Origin: Limisphaerales bacterium
Lineage (GTDB): Bacteria > Verrucomicrobiota > Verrucomicrobiia > Limisphaerales > UBA9464
Length of the DNA: 64,000 nucleotides
NCBI GenBank assembly: GCA_965283655.1
Contig: CBDIPJ010000002.1
Coordinates: forward strand, 148,506-212,505
Direction of reading: 5' to 3'
Program-made: the position numbers and the translations under genes
Notes under the pieces: model-generated
The model's input: the letters and a program-made list of their open reading frames with translations, nothing else
Databases searched by the model: none
Told to the model about the DNA's origin: nothing
Part shown: positions 24,739-33,264 of the stretch, piece by piece
Numbering within the stretch: position 1 is the first letter of the stretch
Layout: every line of letters begins with the position of its first letter

Positions 24739-27700
24739 GTGTTTGTCCTGGTTTGATGTTTCAACGCGGCCTTGCGGCCAAAAGCATGGAACATTGCTGG
24801 CGTCACGCCGAGCCCGAGCAATGTCGAACTGACCAACCCACCGACGATCACCACCGCGACCGGATGCAGGATCTCCTTGCCCGGCTCATCCGCGGCCAGC
24901 AGCAACGGGACCAGTCCGATGCCGGCGCTCAGCGCGGTCATCAGCACCGGCACCAACCGCTCCCGGGTCCCGCGCACGATCATCGACCGGGTGAATCCTT
25001 CCCCTTCGTTCCGCATGAGGTGCAGGTAATGCGAGATCAGCATGATGCTGTTCCGTGCCGAAACCCCGGCCACGGCGATGAAGCCCACCAGCGTCGCGAT
25101 GCTGATGTTGTCGAGCATCCACCACGTCAGCACCAACCCGCCCACCAACGCCAACGGGATGTCGATCAGCACCTGGAACACGAAATAGCCGGCCCGGAAA
25201 TAGGCGTGCAGCAGGAACGCGATCACGCCCAAAACACCCAGGCTCAGCCACGCTATCCGCCGCGTCGCATCCCGCTGCGCCTCGAACTCGCCCTCGAACG
25301 TGATCCAGTACCCTTCCGGCAGTTGCACCCGTTCCGTCACCGCCTCACGCAACCGCTCCACCATCGACTCCACATCCCGTGCTGCCGGCTTGATCGCCAC
25401 CACGAACCGCCGCTGGCTGCCCTCACGAAAAATCACATTCGGCCCCCGCGCCTGCCGCACCGCAGCCACCGTCGACAACGGCACCCGACGCAACACCTCG
25501 TCACCCGTGTGCACTTCGACCGGCAACTCCGCGATCCGCTCCGGCGAATCACGCCACGCCTCCGGCAACCGCAGCACCAGGTCGATCGTCCGCGGCCCAT
25601 CGCGCAGGGTCCCCACGGTGCGTCCCCCGACGAGCATGGACAACTGATCGTTCAATGCGCCCGGCGTGATGCCATACGCCGCGGCCCGTTCGCGGTCCGC
25701 CTCGATGCGCAACTGGGGCAACGTCGATTGCTGGTCCAGCTTGCAATCCTCCAACCCCGGAATCGACCGGGCCACGGTCTGGATCCGCGTTCCGAGTTCG
25801 CGCAACCGATCCAGGTCCGGCCCGAAAACCTTCACCGCCACCGGGGCTGACACACCACTGAGCATGTGCCCGATGCGGTCCGCCAGCGGTCCCATGACCA
25901 CGCTGAAGGTCCCGGGAATCGCCCGCATCCGCGCGCGGACATCCGCCAGGATCTCAGCCCGCGAACGTCCCGCCTTCCGCCCTTCCGATTCCCGGAAATC
26001 GACGTCAAATTCCACCGTCGACACCGGCACCACGTGATCGCCGCGTTCCGCCCGTCCCAGACGTCGCCCCACCATGCGCACCTCCGGGATCGACATCAGT
26101 TCCGCCTCGGCCACATCCGAGATCCGGTTCATTTCGTCCAGTGAGGTTCCGGGCGCTGCCGTCATGGACACCAGCGCGGTCTCCTCACGGAAGGCGGGCA
26201 GGAAATCCTTTCCCATCCCGGGATAGAGCAGGAAGGCGCCGACCACGACCAACGCCACACCACCGAGCAGCAGGAACGGCGCCCCCAACCCGACGCGCAG
26301 CAGCGTGTGTTCCAACGCCCATTGAAGCCCGCGGACCAACGCCCCGTCGCGATGCACCTCGCCCGCCTTCGGGGCCAGCAACAGCGAGCACAGCACCGGG
26401 ATCACCGTCAGCGAAACCACGAAGGACGCCACCATGCTCACGATCGTCGCCACCGCGATCGGCGCGAACAACCGGCCCTCGACCCCGCTCAACCCCAGCA
26501 GCGGCAGGAACACGAGGATGATCAGCAACGTCGCGTACAGGATCGAGCCGCGCACCTCGCCCGACGCCCGCGCGATCACCTCGAGCCTCGGCAAGGGTTC
26601 CGGACGGGCCGCGTTCTCCCGCAACCGGCGATACACGTTCTCGACATCCACGATGGCGTCGTCGACCACCATGCCGATGGCCACCGCGAGTCCACCGAGC
26701 GTCATCGAGTTCACCGAAACGCCCAACCACCGGAACGCCAGCACCGTCACCGCGAACGACAGCGGCATGGCCATCAGCGTGATGAACGTCGTCCGCACGT
26801 TCAGCAGGAACAGCAGCAACACCACCGCCACCATGATCGCTCCGTCGCGGATCGCCTCGCGCAGGTTCCCGATGGCGTGCCCGATGAAGTCCGCCTGCTT
26901 GAACAGGACCACCGCCTCCATCCCCGACGGCAGCGAAGGACGCAACGCCGCCAACGCCTCCTCGATCTGGACCGTCAACGCGAGCGTGTCGAACCCGGGC
27001 GCCTTCGTGACGCTCATCACCGTTCCGCGAACCCCGTTGATGCTCCCGTCGCCACGCATCGGCTCGATGCCCCACGCAACGGTGGCGACGTCCGAGATCC
27101 GCACCGGCACACCCGCCGATGCCGTCACCACGGTCCGCCCCAGGACCTCGAGATCCACCGTCATCGCGAGGTTGCGGACCATGGTCTCGGTCGATCCCGT
27201 CTGGAGGAATCCGCCGGTGGTCGTCCCCGCCGCTTCGCGCGACGCCTTCTCCAACATCTCCAGCGTCACCCCGTGCAACTGCATCCGCACGGGATCTGGC
27301 TGGATCTGCACCTGCCGGATGCCTCCGCCCATGTTGAGCACCTCCGCGATTCCCGGAATCCCCTGCAATCGCGGCCGCACCACCCAGTCGGCCACGGTGC
27401 GGACGTCTGGCGGCGTCACCGCCGCATTGGTGCTGCGCAATCCGATCAACAGGATCTCCCCCATGAGGCTCGCCTCCGGGGTCAGGAAGGGTTCCACGCC
27501 TTCCGGAAGTGTCCCCTGCACCGCCTGCACCTGTTCGCGCACGGCCTGCCGCGCGCGCCGAAGGTCCGCGCCCCATCCGAATTCCGCGTATACCAGCGAA
27601 AGCCCGACATCCGAATTCGAACGTAACCGCGTCACGCCGGCGACGCCCATCAAGGCGCGCTCGATGGGGACGGTCACACCGGCTTCCACTTCTTCGGGCG

Positions 27701-27869
27701 CCAGGCCCGGAGCCTCCGTCAGCACGATGACGGTCGGCTTCGTGAGGTCGGGCAACACCTCCACCGGCAGGTCCCGTCCCACGAAGTACGCCGCCAGCAT
27801 CGCCAGCACGGAGAGCCCGATCACGCCCGCGCGGTTGGCCAGCGCCGCGCGGATGAGCCTATTCAGCAC
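24735..27869 (-). CDS. Heavy-metal efflux RND transporter, CusA/CzcA family
   Basis: GTG start with aggaga about 6 nt upstream. (V)LNRLIRAALANRAGVIGLSVLAML ... LPDLTKPTVIVLTEAPGLAPEEVE ... is the typical HME-RND sequence, about 1044 aa with 12 TM segments. Confidence 0.95.
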   Translation of the reverse strand: MLNRLIRAALANRAGVIGLSVLAMLAAYFVGRDLPVEVLPDLTKPTVIVLTEAPGLAPEEVEAGVTVPIERALMGVAGVTRLRSNSDVGLSLVYAEFGWGADLRRARQAVREQVQAVQGTLPEGVEPFLTPEASLMGEILLIGLRSTNAAVTPPDVRTVADWVVRPRLQGIPGIAEVLNMGGGIRQVQIQPDPVRMQLHGVTLEMLEKASREAAGTTTGGFLQTGSTETMVRNLAMTVDLEVLGRTVVTASAGVPVRISDVATVAWGIEPMRGDGSINGVRGTVMSVTKAPGFDTLALTVQIEEALAALRPSLPSGMEAVVLFKQADFIGHAIGNLREAIRDGAIMVAVVLLLFLLNVRTTFITLMAMPLSFAVTVLAFRWLGVSVNSMTLGGLAVAIGMVVDDAIVDVENVYRRLRENAARPEPLPRLEVIARASGEVRGSILYATLLIILVFLPLLGLSGVEGRLFAPIAVATIVSMVASFVVSLTVIPVLCSLLLAPKAGEVHRDGALVRGLQWALEHTLLRVGLGAPFLLLGGVALVVVGAFLLYPGMGKDFLPAFREETALVSMTAAPGTSLDEMNRISDVAEAELMSIPEVRMVGRRLGRAERGDHVVPVSTVEFDVDFRESEGRKAGRSRAEILADVRARMRAIPGTFSVVMGPLADRIGHMLSGVSAPVAVKVFGPDLDRLRELGTRIQTVARSIPGLEDCKLDQQSTLPQLRIEADRERAAAYGITPGALNDQLSMLVGGRTVGTLRDGPRTIDLVLRLPEAWRDSPERIAELPVEVHTGDEVLRRVPLSTVAAVRQARGPNVIFREGSQRRFVVAIKPAARDVESMVERLREAVTERVQLPEGYWITFEGEFEAQRDATRRIAWLSLGVLGVIAFLLHAYFRAGYFVFQVLIDIPLALVGGLVLTWWMLDNISIATLVGFIAVAGVSARNSIMLISHYLHLMRNEGEGFTRSMIVRGTRERLVPVLMTALSAGIGLVPLLLAADEPGKEILHPVAVVIVGGLVSSTLLGLGVTPAMFHAFGRKAALKHQTRTNT

Positions 27870-28026
27870 GGACGTCTCCTTTCCCCGCCACGTCGGTCCC
27901 ACGCCGACGCGACGCCAATCCGAGCAACACCAGCAGGACCCCATTTCCGATCAGCGAGAACCAGGTCAGCGGAGACAACCGTCCCAGGAACCCACCACCC
28001 ACCGCGACCCGGCGCCGCCACACCAT
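27859..28026 (-). CDS. Possible small single-TM protein in an alternative frame over the 3' tail of the adaptor gene
   Basis: MVWRRRVAVGGGFLGRLSPLTWFSLIGNGVLLVLLGLASRRRG... (part of ORF 27859-28116). By eye, third-position G/C is clearly higher in this frame than in the adaptor frame across the same ~165 nt. Confidence 0.3.
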   Translation of the reverse strand: MVWRRRVAVGGGFLGRLSPLTWFSLIGNGVLLVLLGLASRRRGTDVAGKGDVRAE

Positions 28027-29074
28027 GGGAATGCCCGTGATCCGCCTCGGACGCCTTCGGTGCGCCGGCCACCTTTTCGCTGCCGTCCTCGTTGTGCTCG
28101 TGTCCATGCGCCGCATCCAACGCCTCCTTCAACGACACGCTCCCCTTGCCCGCATGCGCCAGCGAATAGGAACCGGTCGTCACGACCTTGTCCCCCGGGA
28201 ACAAACCCTCGGAGATCTCGACGAAGCGATCGTTCATGCCACCGACCACCACGGGCACCTTCACGAAGGCGTGCGGCACCGCATCATCGGCCACGTACAC
28301 AAACCGGTTTGCGCCTTCGCCCTGCACCGCCGCCTTGGGTACCGACATCAACCCCGGACGCGTCCGCGTGATGACATCGAACTCCACCCGCATCCCGGGC
28401 CGCAGCCACAGGCCCTCGTTGTCGACATAGCACGCCACCTCCAACGTACCGGTGGCCGGATCCGCGACGGCGCCCACGTGCGCCACCTCGGTTTCCCACA
28501 TCTCGCCGGGCCATCCCGGCGACGTCATCCGCACCTTCAACCCGCGTCGCAACCGGCTGGCGTGGTGCTCGGGCACATGGGCCACGGCGTGCACCCGCGA
28601 CAGGTCGAGGATGCCGACCAGGGCCTTGTCCGGACTCACCGGATCCCCGGGAGCCACGGCCAGATCCACGACGAACCCGGAGATCGGCGCCACGAGGGTG
28701 ACCTGCGGCGGCGGCTCGCCCGGCTGCCGGCTTTCAACGACCACCAGCGGATCGCCCGCCTTCACCTCGTGATCCGGAAGCGCCAGCACCCGCACGGCGC
28801 GGCCCGCGATGCGGCTGCTGACCGACTGCCGCTTGCCGGGAAAGGCCTCGATCTCCCCCAACGCATGCAACGTTTCCTCGAACGTCTGCTCCTCTGCCTC
28901 CGCTGTTTCCAACCGGAGGTTCTTCACGCCTTTTTCGTCGAGGAACACCGTGTTGGCCAACCGCGCCGCCTTCTCCGCATCGATCGCCCACACCGGCCCG
29001 GCACCCGTTGCCAGGATCCACACGCAAACACTGATGCGCAGCGTCCGTACCGTCGTTGTCATCCGGAAGTTCAT
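27863..29074 (-). CDS. Efflux RND periplasmic adaptor (membrane fusion protein, CusB-like) with a His-rich C-terminal region
   Basis: MNFRMTTTVRTLRISVCVWILATGAG ... VSSRIAGRAVRVLA ... VKAGDPLVVVES ... then AAHGHEHNEDGSEKVAGAPKASEADHGHSHG. Its ATG at 29074 overlaps the stop of the outer-membrane factor (ATGA). The last ~54 codons are compositionally atypical. Confidence 0.85.
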   Translation of the reverse strand: MNFRMTTTVRTLRISVCVWILATGAGPVWAIDAEKAARLANTVFLDEKGVKNLRLETAEAEEQTFEETLHALGEIEAFPGKRQSVSSRIAGRAVRVLALPDHEVKAGDPLVVVESRQPGEPPPQVTLVAPISGFVVDLAVAPGDPVSPDKALVGILDLSRVHAVAHVPEHHASRLRRGLKVRMTSPGWPGEMWETEVAHVGAVADPATGTLEVACYVDNEGLWLRPGMRVEFDVITRTRPGLMSVPKAAVQGEGANRFVYVADDAVPHAFVKVPVVVGGMNDRFVEISEGLFPGDKVVTTGSYSLAHAGKGSVSLKEALDAAHGHEHNEDGSEKVAGAPKASEADHGHSHGVAAPGRGGWWVPGTVVSADLVLADRKWGPAGVARIGVASAWDRRGGERRRPC

Positions 29075-30323
29075 GGTTGGTTCAAGGAAAGGATTGCCCC
29101 CGTTGCTGTCATCCACTGGACCCGAGCCCGGCGCAAATCACGCTCGGCAGAGAGGCGGGCCGCCTCCGCCAACAGGCGTCGCTCACGTGCCCGGAGCATG
29201 TCCGTCAGGGTTGCCTGCCCCATCCCGCGAACCGTTCCAACGACTCCTCCACCCGCGTCGCCGCCGGCAAGAGTTGGGTGGCTACTCGGCCCAGCATGGC
29301 CTCGGCTACCCGCACCTGCGCCTGCGCTGCGGTGACCTCCGATCGGATCCGCAGTTCAACGGCCTCGATCTCACGATCCGACCGGCCGAGCGTTGCCTTC
29401 GCCTCCTCGATCCGGCCCTCGTTGCGATTCCACAACGGCAGCGGCACCGAGATCTGCAATCCCACGAAGCTCTCGTCGCGCAGCCCGACCGGGACGTCCA
29501 GCACACGCTGGCCCTGTCCGACCACGCCGATGCCGATGTCCTGCCAACGTTGGGCGCGGGCCAAGGCGACGGACAGTTCGGCGGACCGCCGGCGTTCCAA
29601 GGCCACCCGCTGATCCGAACGCGCGACGACCGCCGGTGTTGCGCCCGGTAGCGGCGCTGGATCCAAAGTCTCCAGTTCAATCCGGATTGGTTCCGAAGCT
29701 GCTAGCCCCAGCAAAGGACGAAGCCGTCCTTCCACCGCCGCCCGTTCCGCGTCCAATTGCAGACGCTGGATCTCCAACTGCTCCGCCTCCACCGCGAACT
29801 GGTCGGCCTCGATCGATGATCCCTCCGCCGCTGCCGCCACGCGCGTGGCGGCATCCCGCAATTCACGGCTGTTGGTCAACTGCCGTTCCCGCAGGGCCTG
29901 CTCGCGTTCCAGCATGCCCCATTCCACCGCCGCGACCGCGGCACTGCCCGCCAGCGTACGTTCCAGTTCCGCCACCTCCGCCTCGGCCACGCGGATCTGG
30001 GTTTCCGAGATCGTCTTCTCAAGACGCAGACGTCCGGTCAGCGGCAATCGCTGGTTGAGTTCAAAGGTCAGGAAACCTTCCCTGCCAGCCACGTTCGGAT
30101 ACACCGCCGTCTCCAACTCCGGATTGGCAAGCCGACCCGCCTGTCGGCGCCGGCCCCGGGCCTCGGCAATGGCCATGCGCGCGGCCACGAGGTCCGGATT
30201 GCGTTGGCGCACCTGCACGACCGTTCCCTCCACCGTGAAGGTGGCCGCTCCCAGACGCGATCCTCCGCCCGCCAACCCGACAGCGGCACAAAGCCAAAAC
30301 CGTAACCAAGACCTACTCATCAT
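29071..30323 (-). pseudogene. TolC-family outer membrane efflux protein (CusC-like), with a 1-nt frame change near 29216-29230 (as assembled)
   Basis: ORF 29205-30401 stops prematurely after ...VEESLERFAGWGRQP. My translation of the next frame continues GQATLTDMLRARERRLLAEAARLSAERDLRRARVQWMTATGAILSLNQP*, the canonical OMF C-terminus. That frame ends at 29071 with a TGA overlapping the adaptor ATG. Confidence 0.85.
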
Positions 30324-30526
30324 GTGAACCCTTCGAAGACCTGAAAACCTATCCTTGCCCACCGGTTCCGCGGAATTCCTGCGCGGCGATTTGCCATTCA
30401 CGGGAAACCCGTATTTCCAAACGGCTCACCGCGGAAACGCCCCAAGATCATGGCGTGCTGGAAAACCACCTGGATCATTCGGGGTCATGGCCGACCACGA
30501 CACGGAACCAAATCCAACCAACGGTT

Positions 30527-30931
30527 TCAGGCGCGGATTGCGGGCGCACGCGGGGACGCCGCGACCCGCTGACGACACCACCAGGGCGGCCTCCAGTCTT
30601 CACTGGGACCGCGCTTCCGATCCTCGCCCGTTGCAGGCGAGAGGTTCCATTCATGGGGCTCCCAAGCCACGAACAGGGGAAGCCCACCCGCCGGCTTCAC
30701 CAACAGGGCTTCGGGAACCCGATACAAAGTTCCGTCCTCGACGCTCAGGCATACCGGACACGCATCCGATCCGTCGGACTCCGGTGCGTGACTTGCGCCG
30801 CACGACCCTCCGTGGCCGACGGCACAGCAATCCGACTCCAGCAACCCAGCGGCCTCCAGTGAACAATGCATGGTGGCGGGCAGCCACAAGGCCACCACCA
30901 CCAGCCAGAGACAGCGCGTCCACCAAGCCAT
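30527..30931 (-). CDS. Small membrane-anchored Cys/His-rich protein upstream of the RND operon
   Basis: MAWWTRCLWLVVVALWLPATMHCSLEAAGLLESDCCAVGHGGSCGASHAPESDGSDACPVCLSVEDG... Third positions are G/C rich. I did not recognise the family with certainty. Confidence 0.55.
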   Translation of the reverse strand: MAWWTRCLWLVVVALWLPATMHCSLEAAGLLESDCCAVGHGGSCGASHAPESDGSDACPVCLSVEDGTLYRVPEALLVKPAGGLPLFVAWEPHEWNLSPATGEDRKRGPSEDWRPPWWCRQRVAASPRAPAIRA

Positions 30932-30985
30932 GACCCACAACTAGAGACCCCCTCCCTCCTTGGCAAGCCCACGCATCCCCCAAGC

Positions 30986-31072
30986 CGTAGCTGCCGAGGT
31001 CACGAGGCAGGCCTGGGGGAGTTCCCAGTTTCCAGTTCCCTGTATTGTAGGCTGCGTGCCCCCACGCGGCGG
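30986..31072. repeat. Mosaic of short intergenic repeat modules
   Basis: gtagctgccgaggtcacgagg differs at one position from the reverse complement of an arm of the 148-bp repeat at 47.9 kb. It is followed by gagttcccagtttccag and the REP-like gtaggctgcgtgcccccacgcggcgg (31047-31072). Confidence 0.7.
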
Positions 31073-31192
31073 ACCGTCAGGCACCGCTGACCGCTCAGCC
31101 GTAATCCGACTTTGAACGCCGCGCCTGCTCCGGTAGACGAAGGAACGGACGCTGCCGGCATCATTCGGCCACCGCCCACCATCACGTCACCG

Positions 31193-31759
31193 ATGTCGAC
31201 CCTCCTGAAAGCCATCCAACTGCTGGCCTGCCTCGGAAGTCTGGCGGTCGTCCTCCTCTGCCGCGGTATCGAGTCGGCCATCGGACGGGTTCCCTACGAC
31301 ACCACCGACAGCATGGGTCGACCGATGGGTTTCAACGACCCGTTCTCACGGGAGCATTGGGGCATCCTCCTCCGCACCATCGATTGGCAGGATTACCGCC
31401 TGGATGTCCTGGCTTTGGATTCCGCGTATTTCTGGCTCACCGTGATCATGCACCTCGTCGCGCTTGGATGGATCCTGCGCGGGGATCCGTTGCGCCTGCG
31501 TACGCCGTTGGTCTTCCTCGGGGTACAGATCCTCGCCTTCCCAGGCGGCTTGTTGGGTTTGGTCATCATCCCGGTTTACTTCGTCGAGGCCTTCAGCGGG
31601 AAACTCGACCGCGAAGGCATCGTCGACGTCCCATTTCTCGCCGTCACCGGCCACGCCGTCTGGCTTTTGACCTGCCTTGCCTCGGTCCTGATGATCTTCA
31701 TCCACCAGCGCCGCACGGCCTGGCGCCGTCTCACGGAAGCCTCCCGGAACTCGCCTTGA
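31193..31759 (+). CDS. Hypothetical integral membrane protein
   Basis: ATG at 31193 in ORF 31112-31759. Four to five hydrophobic segments are present (LLACLGSLAVVLL, YFWLTVIMHLVALGWIL, VFLGVQILAFPGGLLGLVIIPVYF, AVWLLTCLASVLMIFI). Confidence 0.65.
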   Translation: MSTLLKAIQLLACLGSLAVVLLCRGIESAIGRVPYDTTDSMGRPMGFNDPFSREHWGILLRTIDWQDYRLDVLALDSAYFWLTVIMHLVALGWILRGDPLRLRTPLVFLGVQILAFPGGLLGLVIIPVYFVEAFSGKLDREGIVDVPFLAVTGHAVWLLTCLASVLMIFIHQRRTAWRRLTEASRNSP

Positions 31760-31790
31760 AACCACAGGCTCGAATGCCGACGCTGGCGAC

Positions 31791-33038
31791 ATGCGAAGCC
31801 TCCTCATGGGCCTGGTTGTCGGGATTGCGGCGCTTTCATCTGCGGCTGCCGCCGAACTGAAGGTTCCCGCGTTCACCGCGTACACCCTTCCGGACGCCAA
31901 TGGCGCCCGGATCTCGGAACGTGGCGGCGTCCGGAACTGGATCGATCCCGACCTTTCGGTGAACTGGTACGGCCAGATCCAAACGCCGGGATCCCTCACC
32001 GCGAAGCTGTCCCTCCGCCTGCCCGAAGGTGCCGAATCGAAGCTCCGGCTCACCGTGGCGGGAACGTCCCGCGAAGCAACAGCCCGAGGCGGGAAGGAGC
32101 CCACGACCGTTGACTTCGGATCGTTCGAGGTCGCGAAGGCTGGTTACCAGCGGTTCCAACTGGATTCCCTCAATCCGAAAGGTCGCCCGGCGGGAGACCT
32201 GGACAACCTGCTGCTGGATGGACCGGCCATCGAGAAGGCGCATTTCAACCTGAAGGAGCGCCGCAACGCCGCCTCCGTCCACCTCAGCTACACGGCGCCC
32301 AAGGACGTCAACATCTCCGCCTTCTACTGCGAGGTGACAGCCGTGGAGGAACCGACCTCCACCTTCTACATGGCCTGCGGCTGGCATCGCGGCTACTTCG
32401 GCATGCAGGTCAACAGCCCCACCGAACGCCGCGTCATCTTCTCCGTCTGGGACAGCGGCGGCGAGGCCGTCGACCGCAAGAAGGTCAATGACGAGAACCG
32501 CGTGAAGCTGATGGGCAAGGGCGACGGCGTGTACACGGGCGACTTCGGCAACGAGGGCACCGGCGGGCATTCGCACCTCAAGTTTCCGTGGAAGACCGGG
32601 GACAAGCAGCGGTTCCTCGTCACTGCCCAGCCCACCAACGAGACGTTCACGGTCTACTCGGGCTACTACTTCCATCCCGACAGCCGCCAGTGGATGCTGA
32701 TCTCGTCCTGGAAGGCGCCCAAGGAGGGCGGGTGGCTCAAGCGGCCCCATTCCTTCTCCGAGAACTTCTGGGGCAGCAACGGCCACGTCCCGCGCAAGGC
32801 CCTCTACGGAAACCAATGGATCCGCACGGACAAGGGCGAGTGGATCGAGATCACCGAGGCGGGCTTCAGCCATGACGCCACCGGGAAGTCGGATCGGCTC
32901 GACCGCTTCATGGGTGTCGAAAACGGCCAGTTCTTCCTGAACCATGGCGGCTTCATCGAAGGCTTCACGCCCTTCGGCCAGAAGTTCCCGCGCTCTGCCA
33001 CCGGCAAGCCCCCCGGCGATCTGGATTTCCTGAAGTAG
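31791..33038 (+). CDS. Secreted DUF3472/DUF5077-like protein
   Basis: Signal MRSLLMGLVVGIAALSSAAAA. The central part, FYMACGWHRGYFGMQVN ... VIFSVWDSGGE ... TGGHSHLKFPW ..., resembles the DUF3472 family from memory. This was not verified by any search. Confidence 0.65.
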   Translation: MRSLLMGLVVGIAALSSAAAAELKVPAFTAYTLPDANGARISERGGVRNWIDPDLSVNWYGQIQTPGSLTAKLSLRLPEGAESKLRLTVAGTSREATARGGKEPTTVDFGSFEVAKAGYQRFQLDSLNPKGRPAGDLDNLLLDGPAIEKAHFNLKERRNAASVHLSYTAPKDVNISAFYCEVTAVEEPTSTFYMACGWHRGYFGMQVNSPTERRVIFSVWDSGGEAVDRKKVNDENRVKLMGKGDGVYTGDFGNEGTGGHSHLKFPWKTGDKQRFLVTAQPTNETFTVYSGYYFHPDSRQWMLISSWKAPKEGGWLKRPHSFSENFWGSNGHVPRKALYGNQWIRTDKGEWIEITEAGFSHDATGKSDRLDRFMGVENGQFFLNHGGFIEGFTPFGQKFPRSATGKPPGDLDFLK

Positions 33039-33264
33039 GGAACCAAAACGCCGCCGCACGGGATCACTCCCGCACGACGGCGTCCCATGTCCAATGGCCT
33101 GGCCAAAGCACCTCAGCCCCCCAGGCCCATTGCCCATGGATCGAAGGCATCCCCTGGGACACCTCCCCAAATCGTGAACGGACACCGTGTCGACTCCGTG
33201 GGGATTCGGGAAATCTTGGGTGACTCCGGAAAAAACAGGGCGACAACACCACCCCGCCCGCAAT

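Noticed and set aside
26185-28371. Long ORFs (463, 439 and 645 aa) overlapping the RND pump gene on both strands
   Set aside because: These are out-of-frame or antisense shadows of the CusA/CzcA gene, with Arg/Gly/Pro-rich low-complexity translations.
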